Assembly: GCF_001186125.1 (NCBI RefSeq)
Contig: NW_014040323.1
Span: 52,085-98,367, forward strand
DNA length: 46,283 nucleotides
Origin: Sphaeroforma arctica JP610
Taxonomy: Eukaryota
Reading direction: 5' to 3'
Part shown: positions 1 to 11,670 of the stretch, piece by piece
How positions within the stretch are numbered: position 1 is the stretch's first letter
How the letters are laid out: each line of letters opens with the position of its first letter
Translations under genes and position numbers: made by a program
Notes under the pieces: generated by a model
Database searches by the model: none
The model's input: only the letters and a program-made list of their open reading frames with translations
Told to the model about the DNA's origin: nothing

Positions 1-1186
1 TCATATATTTTGATATCTGCTATTTCTGAGTATATTGTCGACTGAAAACGTTTTTTATGATGTTAGTGCCCGAAGGATGTCCACGAGGTATATGATAATT
101 TAAGGCAAAATGATACCAGGTGAAATATAAACTTCATTCCTGTTAGACAGTCCATACCTAGTAATAGACCATCCATATCGAATATGACATGGGTGATATT
201 TACGTTCGTCATTGTGCTAAATAAGTTCTTCGTGTGCGCGAACGTGAATTATTTTCCATGAGAGTTAATGTTGAAAATAACACTATCGCTGCGTCACTAG
301 TTCTCCTTTACGCATAAGCATTGCTTTTCACAAGATGTGCCAGTGGTCTGGCGAGAGGCGACCGGTCTGAGACTGAAATGCTGACCGCTGGTGTGCGTTG
401 GTTGCTGAACTTTGTAAGTCAACTGTTCTATTCAAATAAGGAGATTACAAATGGGCGGGAAGAATTTTGGATGACACTGCAATGTTGTCACATAGCCATA
501 GCCCATAGGCCCATGAAATTTCATATTTTTATGTAAACCCCTCAGAGACCCTAAACAACAAATACAAATATATTTCAAATTTTCAACAACAACAAAAAAA
601 AACGTTTAACGTAAATACGGTGAGTGTGTAAATACTGTTTATTAGTGTTTTCTGAAATTTTCAGTTGGCTTATGGTTATTTATGAGTTTGAGACTTTGAG
701 TAGGTTTTAACTTTTATTTTTTTTAAAGAAAACAAATTAGAATGTCGTAAACATTTTCTCTGACATCACCAACTAACAAGTGGCAACTACGGCTAACGGC
801 TTATACATATGTATCATCGGGATTTTTTAAGAGTGAAAAGCAGAATGGTATGAATTTTCATTGGATGTCAACTTTATATTTTTAAAACATTCAATGAGGA
901 AGATAAATACTTGTGATCGAGTGATTTTTTTCTTTTGTATATGATGTTGGGCTTTTTTTCTTTGCCTCAGCCTTCGCCCTTCGGTGAAATTCTTGATTCA
1001 CTACCTCAATATCAGTGACATCCACTGCGTACATAAAAATTATATTTACCTATGTATATGAGAAATATATATGTATATAGCAGTATCTCTACATCTTTTG
1101 TAGGCACGTAGCAGGGTATCTATTAGCGTACCTTCACCGATTTTTGAAAGAATTTTCACATTTATATCACTAATCTCTAAACAATT

Positions 1187-1369
1187 ATGCGTATTTCGAT
1201 CCTGTTGACGGCTCTATGTGTGACACATGCTTCGCACGTGCAGTTGCAGGCCAAGGAAAGGCAGGCTCCTCTGCCCATTGTTATATGGCATGGAATGGTA
1301 CGTAATGAGCTTAACCGATATTTTACATCTGCTGATACACCACATAACAAGAGTACAAAAAACAATACG

Positions 1370-1441
<72 letters not shown>

Positions 1442-2712
1442 ATATAGTATGTATGTATATATATATATATATATATATATAACTTAATATGACTATATAT
1501 GGCTATATATTGATAGATTTGGATGTATACGGGATGACAGAACACCCGAAACTCACAATGTGTGGATTACGACTTGAATGCTTGAAAGTAAGTTGTACGA
1601 TGCAAATTATATCAGCAATACGATGGTGTTCTGGTAGTTTATGCTGATGAAACATTTCGTCTATGACAGAAACTGTGCAATACAACCTTTATAGATAATA
1701 AATTTAGATTCTACTTATAGAATATTGCGTCACTAGTCGAATACCTCTATTTGAGATTGCGTCTTACATCTAGTCTATATACCTATTTTGAAGTCATGCG
1801 GTATTGACTATATCCCTATTTTATAGTTATTCGTGTCTTACATCTATTTCATATACCTATTTTGAAGTAACGCAGATTTTCAGTATACTGTAAAAGGCCA
1901 AACTATATTTATGTCAAAAGGTCAATGATTATAACGTACAATATTGCGAAGGGTTTCCTTTATGATTCATGCGCCTACGAACAGACAGGGGTTTATATTC
2001 ATATCTATATACACCACATTTTACGCTCGATCGCCCAGGGTATATATTTGTGGACACATGTCTGAAACTACTTTGTGCCCACGCCACCATAGGGAGATTC
2101 ATGTTGCAACCCATTGAGTATGGGTGGCATTTCTCGTATGATCAAAGCTGAGCTAGGCGAAGATACGTATGTTCTGCCCTTGATGGTGGGCAGTAATATA
2201 GCCGATGATATGAAGAACGGATTCTTCATGCCTGTGAATGACCAGGTAGATCTGGTGTGCGACATGGTGAAGAAAGGTGTGTGCGTATATATATATATAT
2301 ATATATATTAGCCGGGTTTTAACCAGGGTCTTTACATGTTCCTCGGGACCGTATTTCTTTCTGAAGTACGATAGTGGTCGCATATCCGTAGCACACGTCT
2401 GAATGTGGTTAATTATTAGCTGATTTCCTTTGCTCATGTCGCGCACAGTACGTGCAAAAACAGACATGTAGCAAGCCTCATACATGGCACCGTCCATATA
2501 AACCGAATATTCTAACTATGTGTTCGAGCGGTTTATTATATGCGCAATGTAGTGATGATCATTGATAAAATTGTCTGCCCAAGATCCGCTCTGGTCGACA
2601 TTGAGTAGTTTATTACGACGTCCGTGGAATTCTGTCCGGTAGCGAAATTAAAATTTGTGTAATTGTCCAAAGGTTCTTATCAATCCTTCCCCGATGCTGT
2701 CTCTGTAGACCC

Positions 2713-2749
<37 letters not shown>

Positions 2750-5700
2750 TATCCGTGTCTAGGTAGAGTCGATGAGTATGTGTATGTGTGGATACGTTCT
2801 GAACCGATTATATAGGCCATATAGTTCAATCGAATGTTTTACTTTACCTGTCGTATCACATTGGCACCTGAATTGGGGCATCTGAATCGATATTTGCGAT
2901 TCTACTCGTTTTGGATCCATCTTGGATCATTAAATTGATGAAAGTGTGCTAAAACCTGAATAGTAAGATTGAGAAAAATGGACATCTTATTTTACCACTC
3001 CTCAACTGAATTAGGGATATAGTCGTGTATATAAACGCATGTTGCCAAATTTGCTGATGGTTTTGAAATGTGCAACTGTGGGTGTACGTGCGATGAATTA
3101 GGAAGCTGTTTGATCAGACTATTTCTCTTAGTCGATCGAGTGTTTGAAAAGCCTTGGTTATACGCACGTATATAAATACACACCTGAAGTTGTGCGCAAT
3201 AATACACACGCCTGCACAACTCTGTGTACTATATGTACCATTGATATATGTGTATGCACGATTTACGGAGCTTGCATCAGACTCGAGCTTAATATCTTTC
3301 GAGCATATATATGATGGGTTTGGAACCTCACTACGCACTACTCACGTATACATTCAGCACTGTAGTATCTGCAGTCCGTTGATTATAGACCGTTGTTTAT
3401 AATCTGCTTTCTATAGGTCGCTGATTATAGTCCGTGGTTTGTAGCTCGTTGATTACGTTGATCATAGTCTGTCGATTATAGTCCGTTGATTATTGTCCGT
3501 TAAGCATAGTCCGTTTCGTTGATCATAGTTCGTTGGTTAAAGTCCTATGCTTATTGCCCGTTAGGTATCGTTCTTTGATTATAGTTCGTTGGTTATAGTC
3601 CGTTTATAATAATCAGTTGGTTGTAGTCCTTCGATTATTGTCCGTTAAGCATGGTTTGTTGAGCATAGTTCGTTGAGCATAGTTCGCTGGCTAAATCCCT
3701 TGATTGTTGTCCGTAAGGTATCGTTCTTTGATTACAGTTCGTTGGTTATAGTCCGTTGATTTGTCTGCGAATTTGTAACCTCGTATATACTTTGACACAA
3801 CAGACCCCAGACTGCAAGACGGGTTCAATGCAATGGGATTTTCTCAGGGTGGACAGTTCATGAGAGCTTATATACAACGATGCAACACACCAAAGGTTAG
3901 CTATGTAGAGCGTGTGTGTGTCTTGTGCTGAATGCACGACTACGGATGAGTGTGTGCTTGTGATTGCGATGTGACGTGTATTTGAGCATGTATTTGAGTA
4001 GTGTTAAAGGTAGGTCTAATCGTGTACGTTAACCTGTATTTGAAACATGAGTACATGCGGCAATGCAGGCCATTGCCGCGGTCGTGTGGGAAACGGTGTG
4101 TGTCGAGGCTCATCAAATGGTTTTTTGTTTGTGTACAAGTGCACATTGAGTGGTGCAACGAATCTAAGCCACGATCTGAGTATAAAAAAACCCTATAATC
4201 ACTTTTTTCACTTGTTTTTATAGGTACATAACTTCATATCCGTTGGGGGTCAGCATCAGGGTGTGTTCGGTATGCCCAAGTGCACGGGACAGAACTTCTT
4301 CTGTGAGGAAATGAAGGTTCTTCTCAACGCTGGCGCTTACCTACCATTTGTGCAAAACTATCTCGTTCAGGTAAGCTTGTGAGAGGAATGTGATCTTTTT
4401 ATAGTGAGAGATTCAGTAGCAATGGCGAGTGCGGGTCTCCTAGGGGCAGTACAGTCTTAAAACTTGATCAATTTTGAGATGAGAAGGTTTATATAATGGG
4501 ACGGAAAGTATCATGCGAAGGTGTTCATTAAGACATATTCTTCATCGCCTGTTATCAGTGCCAGCTAATGCTCTTCTATCTCACAGGCTGATGTACCTGT
4601 GAATGCATAGTACATGCATAGTGATGAAATCATTGGAATGCATCGTACATGCATAGTTTTCAATCATTAAAATGCATAGTGCATACATAGTGACCNNNNN
4701 NNNNNNNNNNNNNNNNNNNNNNNNNNNNNNNNNNNNNNNNNNNNNNNNNNNNNNNNNNNNNNNNNNNNNNNNNNNNNNNNNNNNNNNNNNNNNNNNNNNN
4801 NNNNNNNNNNNNNNNNNNNNNNNNNNNNNNNNNNNNNNNNNNNNNNNNNNNNNNNNNNNNNNNNNNNNNNNNNNNNNNNNNNNNNNNNNNNNNNNNNNNN
4901 NNNNNNNNNNNNNNNNNNNNNNNNNNNNNNNNNNNNNNNNNNNNNNNNNNNNNNNNNNNNNNNNNNNNNNNNNNNNNNNNNNNNNNNNNNNNNNNNNNNN
5001 NNNNNNNNNNNNNNNNNNNNNNNNNNNNNNNNNNNNNNNNNNNNNNNNNNNNNNNNNNNNNNNNNNNNNNNNNNNNNNNNNNNNNNNNNNNNNNNNNNNN
5101 NNNNNNNNNNNNNNNNNNNNNNNNNNNNNNNNNNNNNNNNNNNNNNNNNNNNNNNNNNNNNNNNNNNNNNNNNNNNNNNNNNNNNNNNNNNNNNNNNNNN
5201 NNNNNNNNNNNNNNNNNNNNNNNNNNNNNNNNNNNNNNNNNNNNNNNNNNNNNNNNNNNNNNNNNNNNNNNNNNNNNNNNNNNNNNNNNNNNNNNNNNNN
5301 NNNNNNNNNNNNNNNNNNNNNNNNNNNNNNNNNNNNNNNNNNNNNNNNNNNNNNNNNNNNNNNNNNNNNNNNNNNNNNNNNNNNNNNNNNNNNNNNNNNN
5401 NNNNNNNNNNNNNNNNNNNNNNNNNNNNNNNNNNNNNNNNNNNNNNNNNNNNNNNNNNNNNNNNNNNNNNNNNNNNNNNNNNNNNNNNNNNNNNNNNNNN
5501 NNNNNNNNNNNNNNNNNNNNNNNNNNNNNNNNNNNNNNNNNNNNNNNNNNNNNNNNNNNNNNNNNNNNNNNNNNNNNNNNNNNNNNNNNNNNNNNNNNNN
5601 NNNNNNNNNNNNNNNNNNNNNNNNNNNNNNNNNNNNNNNNNNNNNNNNNNNNNNTTGTATATGCATAGCTTTCAATCATTAGAATGCATACTACATACAT

Positions 5701-7642
5701 TGTGATCAATCATTAAAATACATAGTACATACATAGTGATCAATCATTAGAATGCATAGTACATGCATAGTTTCAATCATTAGAATACATAGCAAGCAAT
5801 CATTAGAATACATAGTACATGCATAGTGATCAATCATTAGAATACATAGTACATGCATACTGATCAATTATTAGAATGCATAGTACATGCATAGTGATAA
5901 ATTTGCATAGTACATGCATACTGATCAATCATTAGATCACATAATACATGCATAGTGATCAATCATTAGAATACATAGTACATGCTTAGTGATCAATCAT
6001 TATAATACATATTAAATACATAGTGATAGTACATGCATAGTGATCAATCATTATAATACATATTACATACATAGTGATAGTACATGCATAGTGATCAATC
6101 ATTAGAATTCATAGTACATTTGTGATCAATCATTAGAATGCATAGTACATGCATAGTGATCAATCATTAGAATACATATTACATATATAGTGATCAATCA
6201 TTAGAATGCATATTACATGCATAGTGATCAATCATTAGAATGCATTGTACATGCATAGTTCTGTACGTGACTCTCATTGACGTTCGTGTGGAGTTAACAT
6301 CTCCAGGCAGTAGTGGGGCACGTCAACCTTAGAAGTACCTGGGCAGGACAAACATATATGTAAGCTCATGCTACAATTACACATTCCTTGTGATCCAATG
6401 AAGCCAACGTGCTGTTTGTGTATTACCTAAAGTGCGGGCGAACGCATGGCTGCAATACTATTCTCGTTTTAGTGCTATCCATGGGGGTACACTTTCAGTT
6501 GTATTTTGCGTATTGATTATCTGGCAGTCGTATATGATGTATGGGCCAGTTTCTATGTAAACCTACAGCTGATACTATGTTCGAGGTTCAACGCTGGTGT
6601 GGTTGAATCTGTGCCCATTCCAGTTCAGAATCTATTTCTAAAATCGTAGGAGTTAAATCGTGTATCTTCACATTTCTCATCCATTCAATGTAACCATGAG
6701 TGTAGTCAGCGCATTTTGTCCACCAGTGTACGCATGAAACAGTGAGTGTCTCTACACATGCAGGTATGCATACTCATTACTGTTGCGGTGGATTCCTCAC
6801 ACAGGCAGAATACTGGCACGATCCGCTCCAAGAGGAGGTGTACAAGAAGTCCTGCGTGTTTATGCCAGAGATCAACAATGAACTGGCCGCCAAAAACCAG
6901 ACATATAGGGAGAATCTGCAGTCTTTGAATAGATTTGTTATGATTAAGTTCACGAAGGATACCATGGTTACGCCACCAGAGAGTGAGTGGTTTGGATTCT
7001 ACGCACCCGGCCAAGATAAGGAGATCACGACTTTGAAAGAATCTGATCTGTACAAAGAGGTGTGTGTGTGTGTTTATCGTATTCCTGTACGTACGATATT
7101 CTAACGGGATACGGTGAACATGATTATATCGAACTGTGCAGATATGTGTGCATTCTGGTATAAATATATATTTATAATATAATAACCTCACCGCTGAAAT
7201 ATAGAGCTGTATTACGATATGACTACATGATTCATGGATTGTGCCATTTACAACTGGCCCGCAATGTTGAGATGATAGATACAATGACATGATAAAACAA
7301 TTCCTGAGTCTGCATTACTTCTCCGTATGAGGGTTTTGTTCATAAAATTTTGATCAAATATAACTTACCTTAGCCTTACATTCAGATGTAGATACAAGGT
7401 GTATGTACCATTTGTCTGAATCTTGATGGCACCTGAGCACGACAAAAGGACTATGAATATGTCACAAGGAATTTCGTGTCGTTGCGATATAAATTTGTAT
7501 TCCGTTAATGCCAAAACAAATGTGCATCTGAACATGTACTGAATACGAGTATATTCGATTGCTTAACGTGCAGGCTAGCAAGGCCAATTTTACTCACTCG
7601 TACTTCAGAAACATTGTAAATATTGTCCATCGTTGCTGATAT

Positions 7643-7673
<31 letters not shown>

Positions 7674-7724
7674 TTGTATACATATCTCTATGTGTGTGTT
7701 TGTGCGTATCTATAAGTTTATATC

Positions 7725-7761
<37 letters not shown>

Positions 7762-8053
7762 ATTTGATTTTATGAGAAAGTACTTGATACATAGTCCTGC
7801 AACCTCACCAGGAATGGAGCGCTTACTATTTAGTTACACGCCTGAATGAGCTGGAACATTCAGCAATGCTGAATTATTTGATTGGCGATACATTCGTGTC
7901 TGCTGATTTTCTATAAATTTTGTGCAGGACTGGCTCGGTCTTCAGGAAATGGACAAGAACGGCCAATTGGTATTCCTCTCAGTGGAAGGGGACCATCTTA
8001 GATTTTCGCACGAGTGGTTTGTAGCGGAAATCATCAACAAATACTTGGTGTGA
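1187..8053 (+). CDS. PPT1: Palmitoyl-protein thioesterase 1 (lysosomal alpha/beta hydrolase), 6 exons, ~304 aa
   Basis: Exons 1187-1297, 2093-2276, 3804-3895, 4224-4370, 6805-7059 and 7928-8053 all have GT-AG boundaries, are phase-consistent and sum to 915 nt. The translation has a signal peptide and the PPT1 motifs [25 protein letters not shown] (catalytic Ser), [20 protein letters not shown] (catalytic Asp), D-W-LGL and EGDHL (catalytic His). Confidence 0.96.
3370..3762. repeat. Degenerate ~14-15 bp minisatellite (TAGTCCGTTGATTA-like) in PPT1 intron 2
   Basis: Many variants of tagtccgttgatta / tagttcgttggtta, with a higher-order duplicated block (aggtatcgttctttgatta occurs twice, near 3563 and 3716). 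Confidence 0.8.
4600..6260. repeat. ~33-bp tandem minisatellite (GTGATCAATCATTAGAATGCATAGTACATGCATA-like) spanning an assembly gap in PPT1 intron 4
   Basis: Head-to-tail copies lie on both sides of the N-run 4696-5654, with no unique spacers. Confidence 0.9.
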
Positions 8054-8474
8054 TAGTACACAGGTTGGCACATTGGTCTAATAAATATCGTGAACACATA
8101 TACTCATACATAGAAGCTGAAAGTTATGCTGCAAATCTCCTAGCACACTTGTAGTGTGGGAATAAATAGACTGGCAGGCATCAGATACATGTGGATGCCG
8201 CTGAATTGATACTGTTTACGAACCACAACAAATACAACACTTGTGCTAAACTTACTCAATACTTAATTTATCGATTATGCACACATGAATATAGTTATCC
8301 AATAATATGCTTATCATATTCTCGACACCATTTTCAGTATTCTCTGACAGCCAGTAAAACTTTAATAATTTCGAGTAGAATAGCAGTGACACAATACAAT
8401 GCCGCCCGGAAATCTGAACTAACTCCGTTGCGTGCACAATATATTCCCAACTTTTGCACAGGCAGCGCTTGTAT

Positions 8475-8631
8475 CAGTGATACTGTTGATACCTTCTATT
8501 TGTACCGTCCTATGACATGTACTTGACAGTGAGATTGTTGATACCTTCTATTTGTACCGTCCTATGACATGTACTTGACAGTGAGACTGTTGATACCTTC
8601 TATTTGTACCGTCCTATGACATGTACTTGAC
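8475..8631. repeat. Three tandem copies of a 52-bp unit overlapping the stop codon of the minus-strand gene
   Basis: The unit cagtga(t/g)a(c/t)tgttgataccttctatttgtaccgtcctatgacatgtacttga starts at 8475, 8527 and 8579. Confidence 0.95.
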
Positions 8632-9765
8632 CACTTGTGTCCGTCTTCGCTTCGATCGTCGTGTACTAGACTGCGCTTCATCATCGATTTCAGACGCGAG
8701 TACCAAACTTTCCTCATCCGCCATTGTTCCCACTACATTGCCGCCACTGTCTGTACAGTCGTCAATAGTCTGTCTTCGCTTCCTGGTAGAACGGGTGGTC
8801 TTTCGACAGTGCTGCAAAGTGTCGTTCACAGTTGTATTGGTCGTAGGTTTTGGCTCATTTCGGCCAGCAATTGGATCAGATTTACTACTGGCAGTCGATG
8901 TGCTCATATTTGCTGTTCCGTCATTATTTGCGTCGACATCGCCGCTAGGGCTCTCAGTATCAGTATCAGTCCCTTGCGCAACCTCTATAACATTGTTGTC
9001 CGTACTTTGCGCTTTTTCAACCTTCACTTTGATACACTCGGCCTTCCCCTTCATGTTCGCCTCCCCTTCAGTTGCTGTAGGGTTGCCTGACGAAACTTCC
9101 CCTGTACCCACAGCTTTGACGCTTGCTTTTTTATTTTTCACTGACTCTGGTTTCACTTTCCCTGCTTTTAGTTTATCCTTTTTCTCTTTGGTTTTTCTCT
9201 CCTTATTCATTGTAATCTTCAACTCTTTCTCGGCCTGCTTAACTAACTTTGCCTCCTCTCTAGCCTTTCTAGCCGCCTCTTTCTGAATCATACTTTCTTC
9301 AAACATACTGAATAGGCCCAGAGTTTTTTCCTCGCGTAGACTATCTGTTTTGATACCTCGAGTTTTGAAACAAAGCTTCCGCTTCTGGCCGTCGGTTAAT
9401 TTGTCCCACAGATCGCGGTATTTGCCATTCTCACTATCCAGCAGAGTTTGAGTGGTGGCAGGAATATCAACCCCTAATGTATTCGGGTTCTCCCACAGAG
9501 ATACTGATACTTCTGACCCTAGAGAGGTGCACAACTGCTTGAAACTGGATTGGTTGACTATCAGATAGAAGGAACCATCTCCCTTGTGTTGTATACCTAC
9601 TGGCATTGTGACAGAATTGGCGCCTTTGATCCGGCACATAAGGCGCGTCTTCCACCCTTGTGACCACCTTCGGCCACCTTCCTTGGAGAGTGCGACATAT
9701 ACACTACCATATTTTCTGTCGTATAGTGCTTCAAGTGTTGTGCGGTATGTGTATGTCAAACGCAT
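8614..9765 (-). CDS. Intronless protein (~383 aa): DUF1905-like + YdeI/OmpD-associated (OmdA)-like N-terminal domains, Lys/Glu-rich coiled coil, disordered tail with NLS-like motifs
   Basis: Open frame 9813-8614, first ATG at 9765. The segment RLMCRIKG..MPVGIQHKGDGSFYLIVNQSSFKQLCTSLGSEVSVSL..LGVDIP...WDKLTDGQKRKLCF..GIKTDSLREEK follows the DUF1905-OmdA pattern as I recall it (G-x-G-x-x-Y-L-x-V-N, G-D/S-x-V-x-V-x-L, P, L-T-x-G-x-K-R, K-T-x-x-x-R). Not database-verified. Confidence 0.72.
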   Translation of the reverse strand: MRLTYTYRTTLEALYDRKYGSVYVALSKEGGRRWSQGWKTRLMCRIKGANSVTMPVGIQHKGDGSFYLIVNQSSFKQLCTSLGSEVSVSLWENPNTLGVDIPATTQTLLDSENGKYRDLWDKLTDGQKRKLCFKTRGIKTDSLREEKTLGLFSMFEESMIQKEAARKAREEAKLVKQAEKELKITMNKERKTKEKKDKLKAGKVKPESVKNKKASVKAVGTGEVSSGNPTATEGEANMKGKAECIKVKVEKAQSTDNNVIEVAQGTDTDTESPSGDVDANNDGTANMSTSTASSKSDPIAGRNEPKPTTNTTVNDTLQHCRKTTRSTRKRRQTIDDCTDSGGNVVGTMADEESLVLASEIDDEAQSSTRRSKRRRTQVVKYMS

Positions 9766-11124
9766 TCTGGCTATGCACTGATCTGTGAATACCAATCTAA
9801 ATTCAATATCCAATCAATACGCACGAAATGATTGCTAATCGGTAGATAGTTAGTTCGACCTGTATATTGTATCAATCTGGTTTTTCTCAGAAATGTCGTG
9901 CGGGGAGATATGCGCTGAATAAATAGTGTGTACGTGTTGAGATTCCTAAGACAGACGAGATGTCCGTTGTTAACTGCATATTTATTACATGATGACAAGA
10001 GAAGATAAGTAGGCGGTCGGCAGTAAATATAGAATTTAGTATTTGAATATCAAGGCCCAGTGTCCCAAGCCGCTCAAGTCTCTAAGCCTCGTAGCTAACG
10101 AGTGTGAACTGTGAAGTGATATTCAGAATAATTCAAGTTGTACTCTAAAAACATAATTTTCATCGCATGAAAACTTCTTGAAAAATACTTTTCACATTAA
10201 AATAAAAAAATTTCTATTGTTGTTTTTAGAAAAACATATATAAAATAGTTCCGTTGACTGTGTGACGTATCATAGCCAACACTGACATGGTCTATTTTTA
10301 GAACAGCTGACAATCAAAATAACAGGGGCAACATCACAGTCATCAACTTTTCTGAACTGGGGTAGAAAATGTACCAGAACTTCGTCAAGGTGGATAAAAT
10401 CGCACATACACCCACGCGATAGACATGCTTCTAGGATTATAATAGGTTGGATAATATACCCTACCGCTTGATGATGTATTGGCGTATATCCCAAGTATTG
10501 CTGTTAGAATAGACCGCCTTTGATATGATATAGGAATGCCCTAAACATCTATGCGATAGTCTTCGAAGATTCGAAGCATGCTCAGATTATATTATGGTCG
10601 TGACTACATAAGTGGGCAAGGGTCTGGGACTTGTGTGTCTACCGGGACTATTTTCACATCCATCCGTAAGATATAGCAGCATATCGTGAACTGAGGCTCA
10701 CAGGAGAATGATCAGAAAGCCGTACTGCCGTCGAATACTACCGATGCTTGAATGTTTAACCGGCGGCAACCAAATAGCTAAAGGCCCTGTATTAAATTGT
10801 AAGTCTCGAATTCATGACAATACATATAATCTTAAATCAAAAACAATTCACTCGCGTTGCACGTTCATTTTATTTTCTGCTGTCGTTACTGATTAAAGTA
10901 TGGTTGACTGATTATTATTTACTGTTGAATGCGAACGAAAGACGTCCTTCCCAAAAGTAATGGTGCATCTAAATTTACTGTAGCTATATATAAATGTGTG
11001 CAAATACATACTAAAATCCTACAAATGATTGTACATATAAGTCATTATTTTAACCTGCCCGAATATGGATAGATACTTTGAAAGTATACGAATCCTTGTA
11101 TATATGAACAACATGAATGGTCCA

Positions 11125-11294
11125 CATACATACTTTATATATATATATATATCTATATATACCGCGTACATACATACATTCATACATACATACATACATA
11201 CAGGGCTGCATACATACATACATGCCTGCATGCATGCATAAGTGCCTGCCTGTATACATACATACATATATGTATACATATATATATACATTCG

Positions 11295-11335
<41 letters not shown>

Positions 11336-11575
11336 GTAAATATATANNNNNNNNNNNNNNNNNNNNCTATATCTATATATAAATATATGTATGTATGTAT
11401 GTACATACAAACTTACATACATATATACATCCATGCATGATACATACATGCAGACATACATACATGCATGCATGCATACACACATGCTTGAATGTATATG
11501 CATGCATACATATATATATATATGGGTATATTTAAATATATATAGATATATAGGCGTATATGTACATTTGTATAT

Positions 11576-11613
<38 letters not shown>

Positions 11614-11670
11614 TATTTTATATATATATATATATTATATATATATATATGCATGCATGCATATATATAA
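11125..11670. repeat. (TA)n/(TACA)n/(TGCA)n compound microsatellite with a small gap
   Basis: Directly visible low-complexity tract. Confidence 0.9.

Noticed and set aside
4581..5709. Long ORFs of 336-364 aa in the ORF track (also 16568-17521)
   Set aside because: They consist almost entirely of X translated from assembly-gap Ns.
4600..6260. ~33-bp repeats that could be mistaken for a CRISPR array
   Set aside because: The units are contiguous with no unique spacers, they lie in a spliceosomal intron, and there are no cas genes; this is a minisatellite.
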